DNA of 64,000 nt from a virus: the IMG/VR virus record IMGVR_UViG_3300033997_000077, positions 32,001-96,000 of that record, one strand, 5' to 3'. Both the position numbers and the translations under genes were made by a program. Numbering within the stretch: the stretch's first letter is position 1; every line of letters begins with the position of its first letter. A model generated the notes under the pieces. That model was not told the origin of the DNA. It worked only from the letters and a program-made list of their open reading frames with translations, and did no database searches. Positions 1 to 9,861 of this stretch are shown here, piece after piece.

Positions 1-1513
1 ACTTATCGAGTTCGACCTCGACCAGCCGCTGACGTACCGCGCAATCCCGTTTGCCGATGGCCGTACTCTGGACTTCGGTGACGTTGTTGCTCGCTGGCAC
101 TACGATCCGGTCGTCAACTCCATCAAGTTGGAGAAGCAGCAGCTGCTGAAGGTTCCGGTACGCGATACCGTGGTGAACGTCGATAGTCTTGTCACTATCC
201 CGCGCACTCCGATTGCTGACCACGAACCCAACACGTTCGCCCTGTACCCGCTGCGCAAGCACCAGACGTTCACGCGTCCCGAATCCTCTTCGTATTCCGG
301 AGTTGGCTTCCAGCGTAACGCGGTGCCGAAGAACAGCGGCATTCAGACTCCGAAGTTTGATCACAACGAGTTCACTGTCAGCAACGTTGCTCGCCCCAAA
401 GGGCAGCACACCCAACGACAGGAAGTGCGGACATTCGCCGACCTCGATTTCCAGATCGTGTCGAACACGCACGCGGCGCACAGTCACGCACCAGCGGCCC
501 CGAAATTCCGTCAACTGCGACATGTGGATGTTGAATCCTCTAATTTCACTTACATGAAGCGTAATCGCGCGGAGACCCAGCGCTCCGGCTACGCAGAGGT
601 TCGCGCACATCGAGCGGCTGCCCTTGGACTCACGGCTAACGCGGTGGCAGCACGGAACGCGGAAGGCTTGTCACTTGATGCCAACGTTGCAACACCAAAG
701 CCGTCGTATACGGTCGAGGCGCTTGATGCGTTGGGGTCAGTGAATCGCACGGCGCTGACTCTTGAGCTGGATGCAACGTTCGCACCAGTGTCTAAGAAGC
801 AGTACCTTGAGCTGAACGCGGCACAGAAGCAGATCCTTGGCCTCACCAGCTGGCAGCCGGAAGCACGTAGTGCCCGATTCCGCCAGCCCGACACGATTCC
901 GATTCGTGCGCTCTACAAGCAAGCGCGTCGGCGTAGTGTGGCGGTCGAAGCACGCTCGTTTGTCTTCCCCAAACTGTACGAGATGGCCGATCCAATTCCC
1001 GGCGTGTCGTGGCATACTCAGTGCGTGTCGTGGCAGCTGTCGCTGGCTGCAACCTACAGCCAAGTAGGGCACGCACGCACGGCGGACGCTGCGGCTCCAA
1101 ATCACGTAGAGTCCACGACGCAAGTCACAGCCGAGATGAAGCCTGCCATCGCAATTCGGGTGAACAGCTTCAGCCGCATGGGAAGCACTTCAGCGTTCTC
1201 GCCCTCGTCTGCCGTAACGTCGCATGCTCCACGCACTGGCGAGTTTGTGCAGACGGCAACGCAGTCGTTCGAGGGCCGCAAGATCGAGTTCAATCTGGCA
1301 ACGTCGCACGACGGAAATCCGGACTTGCTCGACCGTGGCTACTTCGCGACTGAGGTTGAAGCGTTGCAGAACGCGGTACGGGTCTGGAAAATGGAACCGT
1401 CCGACGTTGTTGCGCGCCAACTGCCTACTGGTCAGTGGTACTGGGCGACACCGGATCTGTGCGTCAACATGTGCGTTGAATGTCCTCCTTACGGGTACTT
1501 GAGTGGCGGGTAA
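1..1513 (+). CDS. Large virion structural/tail-associated protein, 5'-partial
   Basis: Frame is open from position 2 (LIEFDLDQ...) through the ORF-track start at 128 to the stop at 1513. It ends in CxxxCxxC..GYLSGG, a C-terminal style seen in jumbo-phage virion proteins. Confidence 0.5.
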   Translation, partial: LIEFDLDQPLTYRAIPFADGRTLDFGDVVARWHYDPVVNSIKLEKQQLLKVPVRDTVVNVDSLVTIPRTPIADHEPNTFALYPLRKHQTFTRPESSSYSGVGFQRNAVPKNSGIQTPKFDHNEFTVSNVARPKGQHTQRQEVRTFADLDFQIVSNTHAAHSHAPAAPKFRQLRHVDVESSNFTYMKRNRAETQRSGYAEVRAHRAAALGLTANAVAARNAEGLSLDANVATPKPSYTVEALDALGSVNRTALTLELDATFAPVSKKQYLELNAAQKQILGLTSWQPEARSARFRQPDTIPIRALYKQARRRSVAVEARSFVFPKLYEMADPIPGVSWHTQCVSWQLSLAATYSQVGHARTADAAAPNHVESTTQVTAEMKPAIAIRVNSFSRMGSTSAFSPSSAVTSHAPRTGEFVQTATQSFEGRKIEFNLATSHDGNPDLLDRGYFATEVEALQNAVRVWKMEPSDVVARQLPTGQWYWATPDLCVNMCVECPPYGYLSGG

Positions 1514-1520
1514 CCGCCAC
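1503..1520 (+). terminator. Stem-loop at gene end (GTGGCGG-GTAA-CCGCCAC)
   Basis: Perfect 7-bp stem with a GNRA loop spanning the stop codon; weak U-tract. Confidence 0.45.
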
Positions 1521-1524
1521 CATT

Positions 1525-1551
1525 CTGTAAACAACGTTGTTGAATTCAACA
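1525..1551 (+). promoter_or_regulatory. CTGTAAACAA candidate phage promoter motif with two overlapping palindromes
   Basis: Same 10-mer is intergenic at 40009 and 42902. AACAACGTTGTT (1530-1541) and TGTTGAATTCAACA (1538-1551) are perfect palindromes. Confidence 0.5.
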
Positions 1552-1565
1552 TTTAGGATTAACGT

Positions 1566-3875
1566 ATGCAACTGTCGATTAGCTCTATTGCCTCGACTTC
1601 TGCGCAACAAGATTTCGAGTGGTACATCTACAAGGGCAGCACCTTCACTGTCACTGGTGGTACTGCCCGAGCGCAAGTCAAAGAAGGGACGCGGGTTGGC
1701 ATCCGCCCAGTTGCGCGCTCCAAGGATTACTACATCGTAACCGAGGACGCGCCGAAGAAGCTGTTCAAGATTACCAAGCAACGCGCCACCAAGATTGCAG
1801 GCACTGGCAAACGCATCAAGCGTGTTATCCTGCAAGGTGATCAGCCCACTGCGAAAACCAAAGAGATCCTCGACGACGCTGCAACTCAGAAGTTTGACGC
1901 TGACCGCTTCAAGCCGCTGGGCACCGTTCGCAACGAAGCGTTCGGGCGTGACGGCACAGAGGCGTTCGGTGTGGACACCACCAACTACCAGTGGCGCGTT
2001 GTGCGTGACCCCGAGTACCTGATCCAAACCAACAAGCGGCCTATCAAGCTGCGCCGTGGCGACAAGATCGGTATGCGCTTTGGTCGTCCGTCACAGGGCG
2101 GTAAGATCGTTGACCTCAACGGTATGTATGAGACGGTAACCACCGCCGAGTACGACCGCATTGCATCCGACCTTCCGGTAATGCCGAAAGGGCGCTGGCC
2201 GCAGACCGTTGTTACTCCCGAGATGATCAAAGAGTACCAACTCAACAAAGAGCGTCAGCGTGTTCGCGAACGTAACGAGCGCGAGAAGGAAGAGCGTGCC
2301 CAACAGGCTGCTGTCCGCAACGCAGAGCGCGAAGCCAAGCAGCAGAAGGAAGAGGAAGAACGTCAACGTCGCGCGCTGGAAGCCAAAGAGCACGGCGAGA
2401 TCGTCAAGCAGATCGACGAAGCGGCCAAGGCCGAAACCGCTAAGGCCGAGCAGCTGAAGGAAGAGCGCCGCGCCAAAGCCGGACTGCAAGACGAAGATCT
2501 CCGCAACGCCAAAGCCAGTAAGATGCAGCCGTTGGAGCACGCACTGGAAGAGGAAGACGTCGATGACGACGAGGACTTCGGTGAAGATCTGGAAGGTGAT
2601 GTCACTCGCCAGTCCGACGACAAGAAGGCCGAGCGCGTCAAAGAGAACGACGTTGAGAAAGCCAAGCTCGACGCACGCAAGCGCGCTGAAGACATCAGCC
2701 TCCGTATGGCCGAAGCACTCAAGGCCGTGATCGAAGCTGCTGGCGATGACAAGGAAGCTGAAGCAGAAGCTCGCGCCGAGTACAAGGCAGACGCCAAGAC
2801 TCTGAAAGCCGCCGACACCACCGACGAGGACAAGGATGCCATCGTTGCTAAGTGGGAAGCAAAAGCCAACGGCGGCGAAGAGCAGGAAGAGGAAGAGCAG
2901 GAAGAAGACCCTGCCGCCGAGGAAGACCCTGCCGCCGAGGAAGACCCTGCTGCTGAGGAAGAGGAACAGGAAGAAGAGGACGCCGATCCTGCCGCCGAGG
3001 AAGAGGAACAGGAAGAAGACCCTGCTGCCACCGACGAATCTCCGGACGATGAAGAGTTCGAAGAAGAGGATGACGGATCGGAAGAAGGCGACGAAGACTT
3101 CGAAGAGGACGACGCCGACGCCGCTGCTGGTGATGAATCTCCGGACGATGAAGAGTTCGAAGAGGAAGAAGAGGATCCGGCTGCTGGTGATGAATCTCCG
3201 GACGATGAAGAGTTCGAAGAGGAAGAGCAGGACGACGAAGACTTCGAACCTACTGCTGACGACGACGCCGATCTCGATGACATGGTAGAGCCCGAGATTG
3301 ACGAAGACTCCGCAGGGATCGCCGACACATTGCGCGACAATCCAGACGCGCAAGACTTCGATGACGATGACGCGGTTTCCGATCTGGCGGACGTAGACGA
3401 GGAAGACATCGGCAAAGAGCCCGAGGAAGAGAAGACCCCTCCGAAGGACGCGCCGAAGAAACCGAAGGCTAAGGAAGAAGCGCCGCCTGAAGAGTCGGAA
3501 GATGACCCGCTCGAATTCGAAGACGAAGAGGATCCCGAAGCTGAAGCAGAAGTGCCGAAGCCTGCTGGCATCAAGGATACGCAGACCGCTGAAGAAGGCG
3601 ACCTGCTGACGTTCCATGATGACACCAAGCTCAAGCGCCGCTTCCTGTTGGTATCCGCCGAGCCTATGGAGCAGAACGACCGCATCATTGTCTACAAGCT
3701 GTGGGACTTTGATAGCAAGCCGGAAACCTACCGCACTGTGCGCGTAGCTACTGACCGTGGGCAGAGCATCCTGAAGTACGCTGACAAGGTTGGTCAGGTT
3801 ACTCCGAAGGAATTCAACGAAGCGCAGGACGCCGTTGATAACGCGGAGCATGACAAATCTGCAATCAAGAGTTGA
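1566..3875 (+). CDS. Acidic repeat-rich protein with N-terminal SxS leader; candidate internal head protein
   Basis: 769 aa; MQLSISSIASTSA leader, two small beta domains, a coiled coil, then a very long D/E tract. Confidence 0.6.
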   Translation: MQLSISSIASTSAQQDFEWYIYKGSTFTVTGGTARAQVKEGTRVGIRPVARSKDYYIVTEDAPKKLFKITKQRATKIAGTGKRIKRVILQGDQPTAKTKEILDDAATQKFDADRFKPLGTVRNEAFGRDGTEAFGVDTTNYQWRVVRDPEYLIQTNKRPIKLRRGDKIGMRFGRPSQGGKIVDLNGMYETVTTAEYDRIASDLPVMPKGRWPQTVVTPEMIKEYQLNKERQRVRERNEREKEERAQQAAVRNAEREAKQQKEEEERQRRALEAKEHGEIVKQIDEAAKAETAKAEQLKEERRAKAGLQDEDLRNAKASKMQPLEHALEEEDVDDDEDFGEDLEGDVTRQSDDKKAERVKENDVEKAKLDARKRAEDISLRMAEALKAVIEAAGDDKEAEAEARAEYKADAKTLKAADTTDEDKDAIVAKWEAKANGGEEQEEEEQEEDPAAEEDPAAEEDPAAEEEEQEEEDADPAAEEEEQEEDPAATDESPDDEEFEEEDDGSEEGDEDFEEDDADAAAGDESPDDEEFEEEEEDPAAGDESPDDEEFEEEEQDDEDFEPTADDDADLDDMVEPEIDEDSAGIADTLRDNPDAQDFDDDDAVSDLADVDEEDIGKEPEEEKTPPKDAPKKPKAKEEAPPEESEDDPLEFEDEEDPEAEAEVPKPAGIKDTQTAEEGDLLTFHDDTKLKRRFLLVSAEPMEQNDRIIVYKLWDFDSKPETYRTVRVATDRGQSILKYADKVGQVTPKEFNEAQDAVDNAEHDKSAIKS
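2877..3250 (+). repeat. Coding tandem repeats (18-nt EEDPAA x3; ~57-nt AAGDESPDDEEFEEEE x2-3)
   Basis: GAGGAAGACCCTGCCGCC units at ~2901-2954; GAATCTCCGGACGATGAAGAGTTCGAAGA occurs three times between ~3036 and 3220. Confidence 0.85.
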
Positions 3876-3881
3876 TAACGC

Positions 3882-3904
3882 GAGGGGGTTTCGGCCCCCT
3901 CTTT
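3882..3904 (+). terminator. Intrinsic terminator
   Basis: GAGGGGGT-TTCG-GCCCCCTC followed by TTT. Confidence 0.75.
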
Positions 3905-3917
3905 CCGGAGTTCACCA

Positions 3918-5864
3918 ATGTCTCTTATCCAAAAGCTAATCGAAGATCCAATTGCCGTCCTCAAGTCTCTCGACCAGAAACGAATTGAGAACCTGATCAA
4001 GAAACTGGACAAGGCGTTCTTTGTTGATAACGCGCCGCTCACTCCCGACAGCGTGTACGACATCGTGCGCAAGTTCTATAAGAAGCAGTACCCGCAAGGA
4101 ACATTGGTAAACAAGATCGGTGCGAAGAACGTAGCGGATACTCCGCTGGTAGTACCAATGGCATCGCTCGACCAGCTCAACGCAGGCACTGCGAAGTTGG
4201 CGCGCGCTTTGGAGGGCAACGGGCCGTTCGTCGTTACCGACAAGCTCGACGGCCAATCCATCGAACTCGTTTATCGCGGGCCCCGCCTCACCAACATGAT
4301 GACGCGCGGAACCAGTACGCACGGCACCGACCGCAGCTATCACGTGAAGAAGCTGCCAGTGCCGCAGCAACTGAAGTACAACGACATGGTGATCCGTGTC
4401 GAAGCCATCATCCCCACCGCAACGTTCGACAGTATCCTGCACAAAGACAATGGGACGCACGAATACACCGCTGCACGTAACGCAGCTGGCGGTCTCATTA
4501 ACTCGCAGGTTACGCCGTCCGCAATGAAGCATGTGAACTTCGTGGCGTTCGAAATCCTCAAGGGTTACGGCGCGGGCATGAAGCAAAGCAAGCAGCTGGA
4601 CATCCTGAAAGACCTTGGGTTCAAAGTTCCCCACTCCAAGAAGTTCACCAAGCTCAGTGAAGCGCAGTTGATTGCGTATCTTGACGAGCGTGTGCGCAAC
4701 TCCCCGTATGAAATCGACGGGCTAGTTGTCGCGCAGGACGTGGCGTATGCACACACTGGTGCCAGCAACCCGAAGCACGCTTTCAAGTTCAAGATGAACG
4801 TGGATGCGGCAACCGCGCTGGTTCCCTGCACTGGCGTCACTTACCAGATGTCGAAGTTCGGAGTGTTCACTCCCGTTATCCATTACGAGCCGACCAAGCT
4901 GGCGGGCGGTGCCATGTGCGCGAAAGCCACCGGACACAACGGCTTCTACATCGAGCACGGTTACCTGAAGGATGACAAGAACGCCGACCGCAGCAAGAAG
5001 CGTCCAATCGGCAAAGGCGCGATCCTCAAAATCGTGCGCAGTGGATCCGTCATTCCCTACATCATGGAAGTGGTGCGCCCAGCGAAGAAAGCTGACCTGC
5101 CTGAAGTGCCGTTTGAACGGAAGGGCGTCGACTTCATTGCAGTGCACGACATTACGCAGGACATCGACGTGCAGGTGCGCCGTATCAACGACTTCTTTGT
5201 CGCAACTGGCGTGCGCAACATTGGGGCTCCCAGCATACGCAAGCTGATCGAAACCACGTCGGCTAACAACCTGCACCGCATTCTGATTTCACCGATGAAC
5301 GTGTTTGCTCCGGCCTTGGGTCTGGCAAAGGCACGTGCTCTGGAAGCTGAAATCGAGCGCGTGCTGTTCGACAAAGGCGCACGCATTGAGCAGCTGTTCA
5401 CGGGCCTCAGTCCATTCGTCGGTCTCGAAGGTATGGGCGAAACCAACTGGGCCAAAGTGCTGCCGATGTTCGGTAACGACGTCGAAGCAATCGCCAAACT
5501 CACTCCGGCCAAAATCAAACGCGAGCTGGCGGAACTGACTGAACTCAAGTCCAAGATTCCGCTGCTCTCCACCAACATGTCAGCCATTGCCAAGATGATC
5601 CGCAAGTTCGGGCTTGCCGTGCGTAAGTTCAAGGTGACTCGCAAATCTAAGCTGGCGGGCCAGACCGTTCTGTTTACTGGCTTCCGTGATGCAGTCCTCA
5701 AAGAGCGGGCGATGGAAGCAGGTGCAGCGGTTGCTGGTTCGATGACGAAGGCGGTAACGCTGTTGGTTGCCAGCGATCCGAATGGCAGCAGCTCCAAGCT
5801 GGATAAAGCCCGCGATGCAGGCGTCAAGGTCATTGGCCGACAACAATTCGAGGCTATGCTATGA
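3918..5864 (+). CDS. ligA: NAD-dependent DNA ligase
   Basis: KLDG adenylation motif, TRG, RNAAGG, EIDGLVV, AFKF, RSGSVIP, and a C-terminal BRCT (GQTVLFTGFRD...SSKLDKA). Confidence 0.95.
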   Translation: MSLIQKLIEDPIAVLKSLDQKRIENLIKKLDKAFFVDNAPLTPDSVYDIVRKFYKKQYPQGTLVNKIGAKNVADTPLVVPMASLDQLNAGTAKLARALEGNGPFVVTDKLDGQSIELVYRGPRLTNMMTRGTSTHGTDRSYHVKKLPVPQQLKYNDMVIRVEAIIPTATFDSILHKDNGTHEYTAARNAAGGLINSQVTPSAMKHVNFVAFEILKGYGAGMKQSKQLDILKDLGFKVPHSKKFTKLSEAQLIAYLDERVRNSPYEIDGLVVAQDVAYAHTGASNPKHAFKFKMNVDAATALVPCTGVTYQMSKFGVFTPVIHYEPTKLAGGAMCAKATGHNGFYIEHGYLKDDKNADRSKKRPIGKGAILKIVRSGSVIPYIMEVVRPAKKADLPEVPFERKGVDFIAVHDITQDIDVQVRRINDFFVATGVRNIGAPSIRKLIETTSANNLHRILISPMNVFAPALGLAKARALEAEIERVLFDKGARIEQLFTGLSPFVGLEGMGETNWAKVLPMFGNDVEAIAKLTPAKIKRELAELTELKSKIPLLSTNMSAIAKMIRKFGLAVRKFKVTRKSKLAGQTVLFTGFRDAVLKERAMEAGAAVAGSMTKAVTLLVASDPNGSSSKLDKARDAGVKVIGRQQFEAML

Positions 5865-6742
5865 ACTCGACCACCGTAACTCTCGACTACTGGCGCAACT
5901 TCAAACCCGTAGTTCCCGAGGTGATAGAATTCGAAGGCAACGAGAACACGGAAATCAAGATCCCCCTGAAGTCGCTTCTGCTTCAGGGGGCACGTGATAC
6001 AGAAGGCAACTCACCGACCGAAGGCATTCTGGATAAGGTGCAGGCACAGCGTGGTTGGCGTCTCTCGCCGTTGATCATGAATCAGCCGGACTTGGGTAGC
6101 GTGCGGATGTCGGATGACAAGGAATCCATTATCTACTTGCCGAAAGCAAAATTCATTGGGGACGAGTGCTTCAACATTCGTCTCACCAATGGCACGCAGG
6201 CGAGTGACCCGATTCGCATCATAGTCAAGGTGAAGCCGAACTACCGAGCATGGTTCGACATCTACCGCGTCAGCGAAGACCGTTTCGTATTCAAGGAACG
6301 CCACGATTGGCCCAAAGAGAAGCCGAAGGTGTTCTGCTACACCGTGTTCTTTTATTGGGAGCGTCCGGTTGCCGAGTGGAATGAGCGTCGTCAGGCGTAT
6401 GAGATCTTTATGCGCACCGAAACCATTCTGTACTCGCAGATTGGTGGGATCTATCAGTCCTTCTGGCCTAACTGGATTCTGCGGAAACGCGCCGACTTTG
6501 CATTCACCACGGACTTAGCGTTGCGTGGATTTGACGGAACCAGCGAGCGTGCATACCAGCCGAAAGGCACACGCGGACGCGTTCGCATGGAAGTCCGAAT
6601 TTATAACAAGGTTACCACCTACAGCGCAGGAACGTATCCATACCAAGCAGTCGACTTGGAAAACTGGGAAACCCTCTGGGCCGAAACCGATCCTGATTGG
6701 TGGTTGTCCGGTAACATCATGCCAATTAGCTCGGAGAAGTAG
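5861..6742 (+). CDS. Virion protein with N-terminal Ig/cadherin-like domain
   Basis: QPDLGSV...IIYLPKAKFIGDECFNIRLTNG resembles the Big_9/cadherin-like YxP..F.G.D.F pattern. Confidence 0.55.
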   Translation: MNSTTVTLDYWRNFKPVVPEVIEFEGNENTEIKIPLKSLLLQGARDTEGNSPTEGILDKVQAQRGWRLSPLIMNQPDLGSVRMSDDKESIIYLPKAKFIGDECFNIRLTNGTQASDPIRIIVKVKPNYRAWFDIYRVSEDRFVFKERHDWPKEKPKVFCYTVFFYWERPVAEWNERRQAYEIFMRTETILYSQIGGIYQSFWPNWILRKRADFAFTTDLALRGFDGTSERAYQPKGTRGRVRMEVRIYNKVTTYSAGTYPYQAVDLENWETLWAETDPDWWLSGNIMPISSEK

Positions 6743-6744
6743 AA

Positions 6745-7866
6745 ATGAATAAGGTAATGGTCGCATCCATAATGCGCGACGAGGCGCGGAACATAGATGA
6801 CTGGTATGCGAGTGTGCAGCACGCGGACAAGATTGTTCTTGTCGACACTGGATCGTCGGACGACTCAGTGGCACTCGCTGAATACTACGTTGGTATCCAT
6901 CACGACATGACTGTGCTGCGCATGTTGCCTGCTGACTTCGATGGGCCCGTAGCTTACGATGTTGCACGATCAATGGCGTGTGCCGCCGCCGACCACGACA
7001 CCATTTGCATGTGGCTGGATCTTGACGAGCGCTTTATCTCGCGTGGCGTTAAGGACTGGACGGTCGAGATTCGTGAGTTGCCGGATCACGTTGACCTCGT
7101 TAACGTGCAGATGGATTTGCTTGGTGACCAGTCCATCGTCTACAAGCAAGCGAAGGGATTCCGTGGCGGCACCCATTACTGGAAGTACGCCGTGCACGAA
7201 GTGCTGAAGCCTGTTGGGCAACTCAGCGTTCCTCACGAAGCTACAACGTTCAACTCTCTGCACCTGCAAGAGCCGCACAAGAAGTATCGCAGCTTTCATC
7301 TGGATTTGCTGTTGCGCGACTACGCGTGCTTCCCGCACGACGAGCGTGTCCTGTTCTATCTGACCCGCCAGTACGCCTACGCACTGTCTGACATGATTGA
7401 AGATAGCGACGTTCCCGATGAAGCGATCATTGCGTACTACCAGCAGAACGTCAGCCGCTGCTTTGGTCTCCTGCGATCCATTGCACGCTACGATGATTTT
7501 ATCACGTGGGCAGCACTGGAAATCGCTCGGGCTGTGCAGTCCCACTCCATGCTGGCTTCTGAAGGTGCGTTGCATGCAATGATTGCGCATACGTATCGTC
7601 CAGACCGCATCGAAACGCTCGGCCAGCTGTGCATCTCGCACTACTATTCGGGCGAAGACCTTGCATGCGTCGCATTCGGCATACGTTGTATGGAGACAAC
7701 AATGCCCGTAGACAGTAATTTCATGTTCGACTACTCGAACTACTATCTACAGCAAGTTCCGGCGTTTGTGGTCAGATCGCTGGAATCGCTTCAAATGATT
7801 GATAAGGCCCATTTCTATGCACACAAATTCAAAAGAACCGATCTGCTTGAGCGAATCGGCGAGTAG
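6745..7866 (+). CDS. GT2-family glycosyltransferase with TPR-like helical C-terminus
   Basis: IMRDEARNI, VLVDTGSSDDS, WLDLDE (DxD), W..AVHE, followed by P.D.R.LFYL TPR-like helices. Confidence 0.85.
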   Translation: MNKVMVASIMRDEARNIDDWYASVQHADKIVLVDTGSSDDSVALAEYYVGIHHDMTVLRMLPADFDGPVAYDVARSMACAAADHDTICMWLDLDERFISRGVKDWTVEIRELPDHVDLVNVQMDLLGDQSIVYKQAKGFRGGTHYWKYAVHEVLKPVGQLSVPHEATTFNSLHLQEPHKKYRSFHLDLLLRDYACFPHDERVLFYLTRQYAYALSDMIEDSDVPDEAIIAYYQQNVSRCFGLLRSIARYDDFITWAALEIARAVQSHSMLASEGALHAMIAHTYRPDRIETLGQLCISHYYSGEDLACVAFGIRCMETTMPVDSNFMFDYSNYYLQQVPAFVVRSLESLQMIDKAHFYAHKFKRTDLLERIGE

Positions 7867-9067
7867 CTGGTGGGACAGCCGTTCTCCTGAGAAGCAACGC
7901 GCCCACATCAAACGCCATCCCAACGGCAAATACGCCAAGATGGTTAAGAACCGCCAACTCGCTCTGAAGCCTCTGAACAAGAACGCGACCTCCAAGAAAG
8001 CAAAGTTCCGCACCCCAGTCGGTGGCTCCAACGTTGACAGAAACGTTGGCGGTGACGATGGTGAAGACGATGCAGGGGAAGACGAGGAAGCAGAAGACGA
8101 AGACGAAAACGAAGACGACGCTGCTCCCGACGTAGACGACTCTGAAAAAGAGCCTGCTGAAGATGAAGAGAAGAAAGACGCCGACTTCGCAGACGAGCCT
8201 GCTGGTTTGCCAGCACCTCGCGAAACTCGCCCGATCCCTCCGCGCTCCGCAATGGCTGACTCTTACCGCAGCTCGTTGCCGGATGCGCTGAAGGCGGGCC
8301 TTCGTGCTTTCTTCAGCACTCTCGACAGTGGCCGTAGTCCCGGCACGCGTGCTGATTTGCGTGACGCGCGCGAAGAGATCAACCGTGGTGACATTCCGGC
8401 AGTGGTCAAGAAGATGAAGCCGAAGTCCCGTGAGGACGAACGCACCCTGACCAGTGCGATCAAAGCAACGTTGCCGATTGCCAAGGTTGCGGCCTACGGT
8501 CTGATTGGGGTCGGTGCCGCGATGGCTGGTGCTGGTGCTATCCCTGCAATTCTGGCGTGCTTCTTTATCAACAGCACCCTGAATGCGGAGAGCATGTCAC
8601 GTTCCGCTGTGTACGCGTCACTATCTGGTGACGAGTGTGACCGACTTGTCGAAACCTTCATGGACTGGGCCGAGGGCCTGAACCTTGACGAGATCCGCAA
8701 GAGCGCTGACAGCGAATTCACCAGCACCAGCAGCACAGGCGTCGAAGTCAAGATTCGCCGTTGCCCGCTCGATTACTACCGTGGCCTTGAAGAGGCGTGT
8801 GGTCGTCGCTACCTGCTCGTAGTAGGTCGCAAGATTCGCGGCTTCCTCATGTGGGACAAGAAGTACGGCACGCCGAACAAAGAAGCAAACGGATGGTACA
8901 GCGTCCTCGTCGATGGCTTCAATGAAAACGCGTATCGCACTGACCGCGATTCCGCTACGCTCGAACCGTACACCGCGATTCACAAAAACGACATCGTGCT
9001 CGTTAATCCCGCCCGCATGCCTTACGAGTTTGCCAAGCAGTGGGCCGTTTCAGTTCTCCGGAGATAA
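7817..9067 (+). CDS. Hypothetical head-associated protein (SES leader, acidic tract, hydrophobic segment)
   Basis: Likely start ATG 7817 after TAAGG. Contains ICLSESASS, WWDSRSPEKQRAHIKRHP and a Gly/Ala hydrophobic stretch. Confidence 0.55.
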   Translation: MHTNSKEPICLSESASSWWDSRSPEKQRAHIKRHPNGKYAKMVKNRQLALKPLNKNATSKKAKFRTPVGGSNVDRNVGGDDGEDDAGEDEEAEDEDENEDDAAPDVDDSEKEPAEDEEKKDADFADEPAGLPAPRETRPIPPRSAMADSYRSSLPDALKAGLRAFFSTLDSGRSPGTRADLRDAREEINRGDIPAVVKKMKPKSREDERTLTSAIKATLPIAKVAAYGLIGVGAAMAGAGAIPAILACFFINSTLNAESMSRSAVYASLSGDECDRLVETFMDWAEGLNLDEIRKSADSEFTSTSSTGVEVKIRRCPLDYYRGLEEACGRRYLLVVGRKIRGFLMWDKKYGTPNKEANGWYSVLVDGFNENAYRTDRDSATLEPYTAIHKNDIVLVNPARMPYEFAKQWAVSVLRR

Positions 9068-9069
9068 CA

Positions 9070-9861
9070 ATGAGCGAATTTGATTCAGTGAAGGGGGCGT
9101 TCCGCTCCCTGTCCTTTGACGTCGGTGTCACTATCCCGCGTGGCCTTGACTTGCACAAGCTGCAAGCCTCCCGCCAGTCAAAGTCGATTTCAGTTCGCGG
9201 CGAAAGCATGGGCGTTCGCGAATCCGTTAACCTCGACGTGAACACTTGGCTGCCCGCCGCTGCCGAACACTACAACATTAGCCGCGACATTCGTGACTAC
9301 GTGTTGCATCCGACAGTCGTCAACGTGTCTGGCATTCCCAACACCAACGCCGACGGGTTCGGCCTGAAAGATTGGCTGACCTTCCGCCCCGAGTTCGGCA
9401 TGCTGTCCTACAAGACATTCAAAGGCAAGCCCACTTTCATCGAGCACAACAACCAGAACCACCGCGTCGCCCGAGGTGCAATCTTCGATGCGCAAATGTC
9501 GAAGTTGCAGGGCTTCCATAAAGCGCATGGCCGTCTGATTCTGCTGCTCGCCTACGACCGCAACCTTGAGCCCGAGCTGTGCCGCGACATCTTGTCTGGC
9601 GTGCACAACACCTACTCCAAGGGCACTTGGTACAAGGCGTACACCTGCTCGATTTGCGGCGAGACCTTCACTGGTAGCAGCAAGCGCTTGTGCGGTCACG
9701 TTGGCAATCGCGTAATCCGTATGCCGGACGGTCGCCTTGCTTATCGCCAGTGCCACATTCTCGAAGGCTTCGAAACCAGTGCGGTTCGCAATCCGGCCTT
9801 CGTGTGCGCATCCCCCGATCCCAAATCCGTAATGGATCCTCGCAATAAGGAACGTTGGTAA
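9070..9861 (+). CDS. Candidate prohead (capsid maturation) protease with Zn-ribbon insert
   Basis: NTNADGF, TFKGKPTFIEH (His), GAIFDA, YSKG (Ser), CSICG..C.H, ETSAVRNPA match the HK97-type protease layout. It lies upstream of the scaffold and capsid genes. Confidence 0.7.
   Translation: MSEFDSVKGAFRSLSFDVGVTIPRGLDLHKLQASRQSKSISVRGESMGVRESVNLDVNTWLPAAAEHYNISRDIRDYVLHPTVVNVSGIPNTNADGFGLKDWLTFRPEFGMLSYKTFKGKPTFIEHNNQNHRVARGAIFDAQMSKLQGFHKAHGRLILLLAYDRNLEPELCRDILSGVHNTYSKGTWYKAYTCSICGETFTGSSKRLCGHVGNRVIRMPDGRLAYRQCHILEGFETSAVRNPAFVCASPDPKSVMDPRNKERW

Noticed and set aside
2877-3250. CRISPR-like array
   Set aside because: Repeats are in-frame coding units without unique spacers; no cas genes.
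2091-3851. Long antisense ORFs (586 aa and 441 aa, Ser/Phe/Leu-rich)
   Set aside because: Shadows of the acidic repeat gene; low-complexity GAA/GAC codons lack stops on the reverse strand.
3918-5864. Ligase lacking the C4 zinc finger
   Set aside because: Real, but common among viral NAD-dependent ligases, so not novel.
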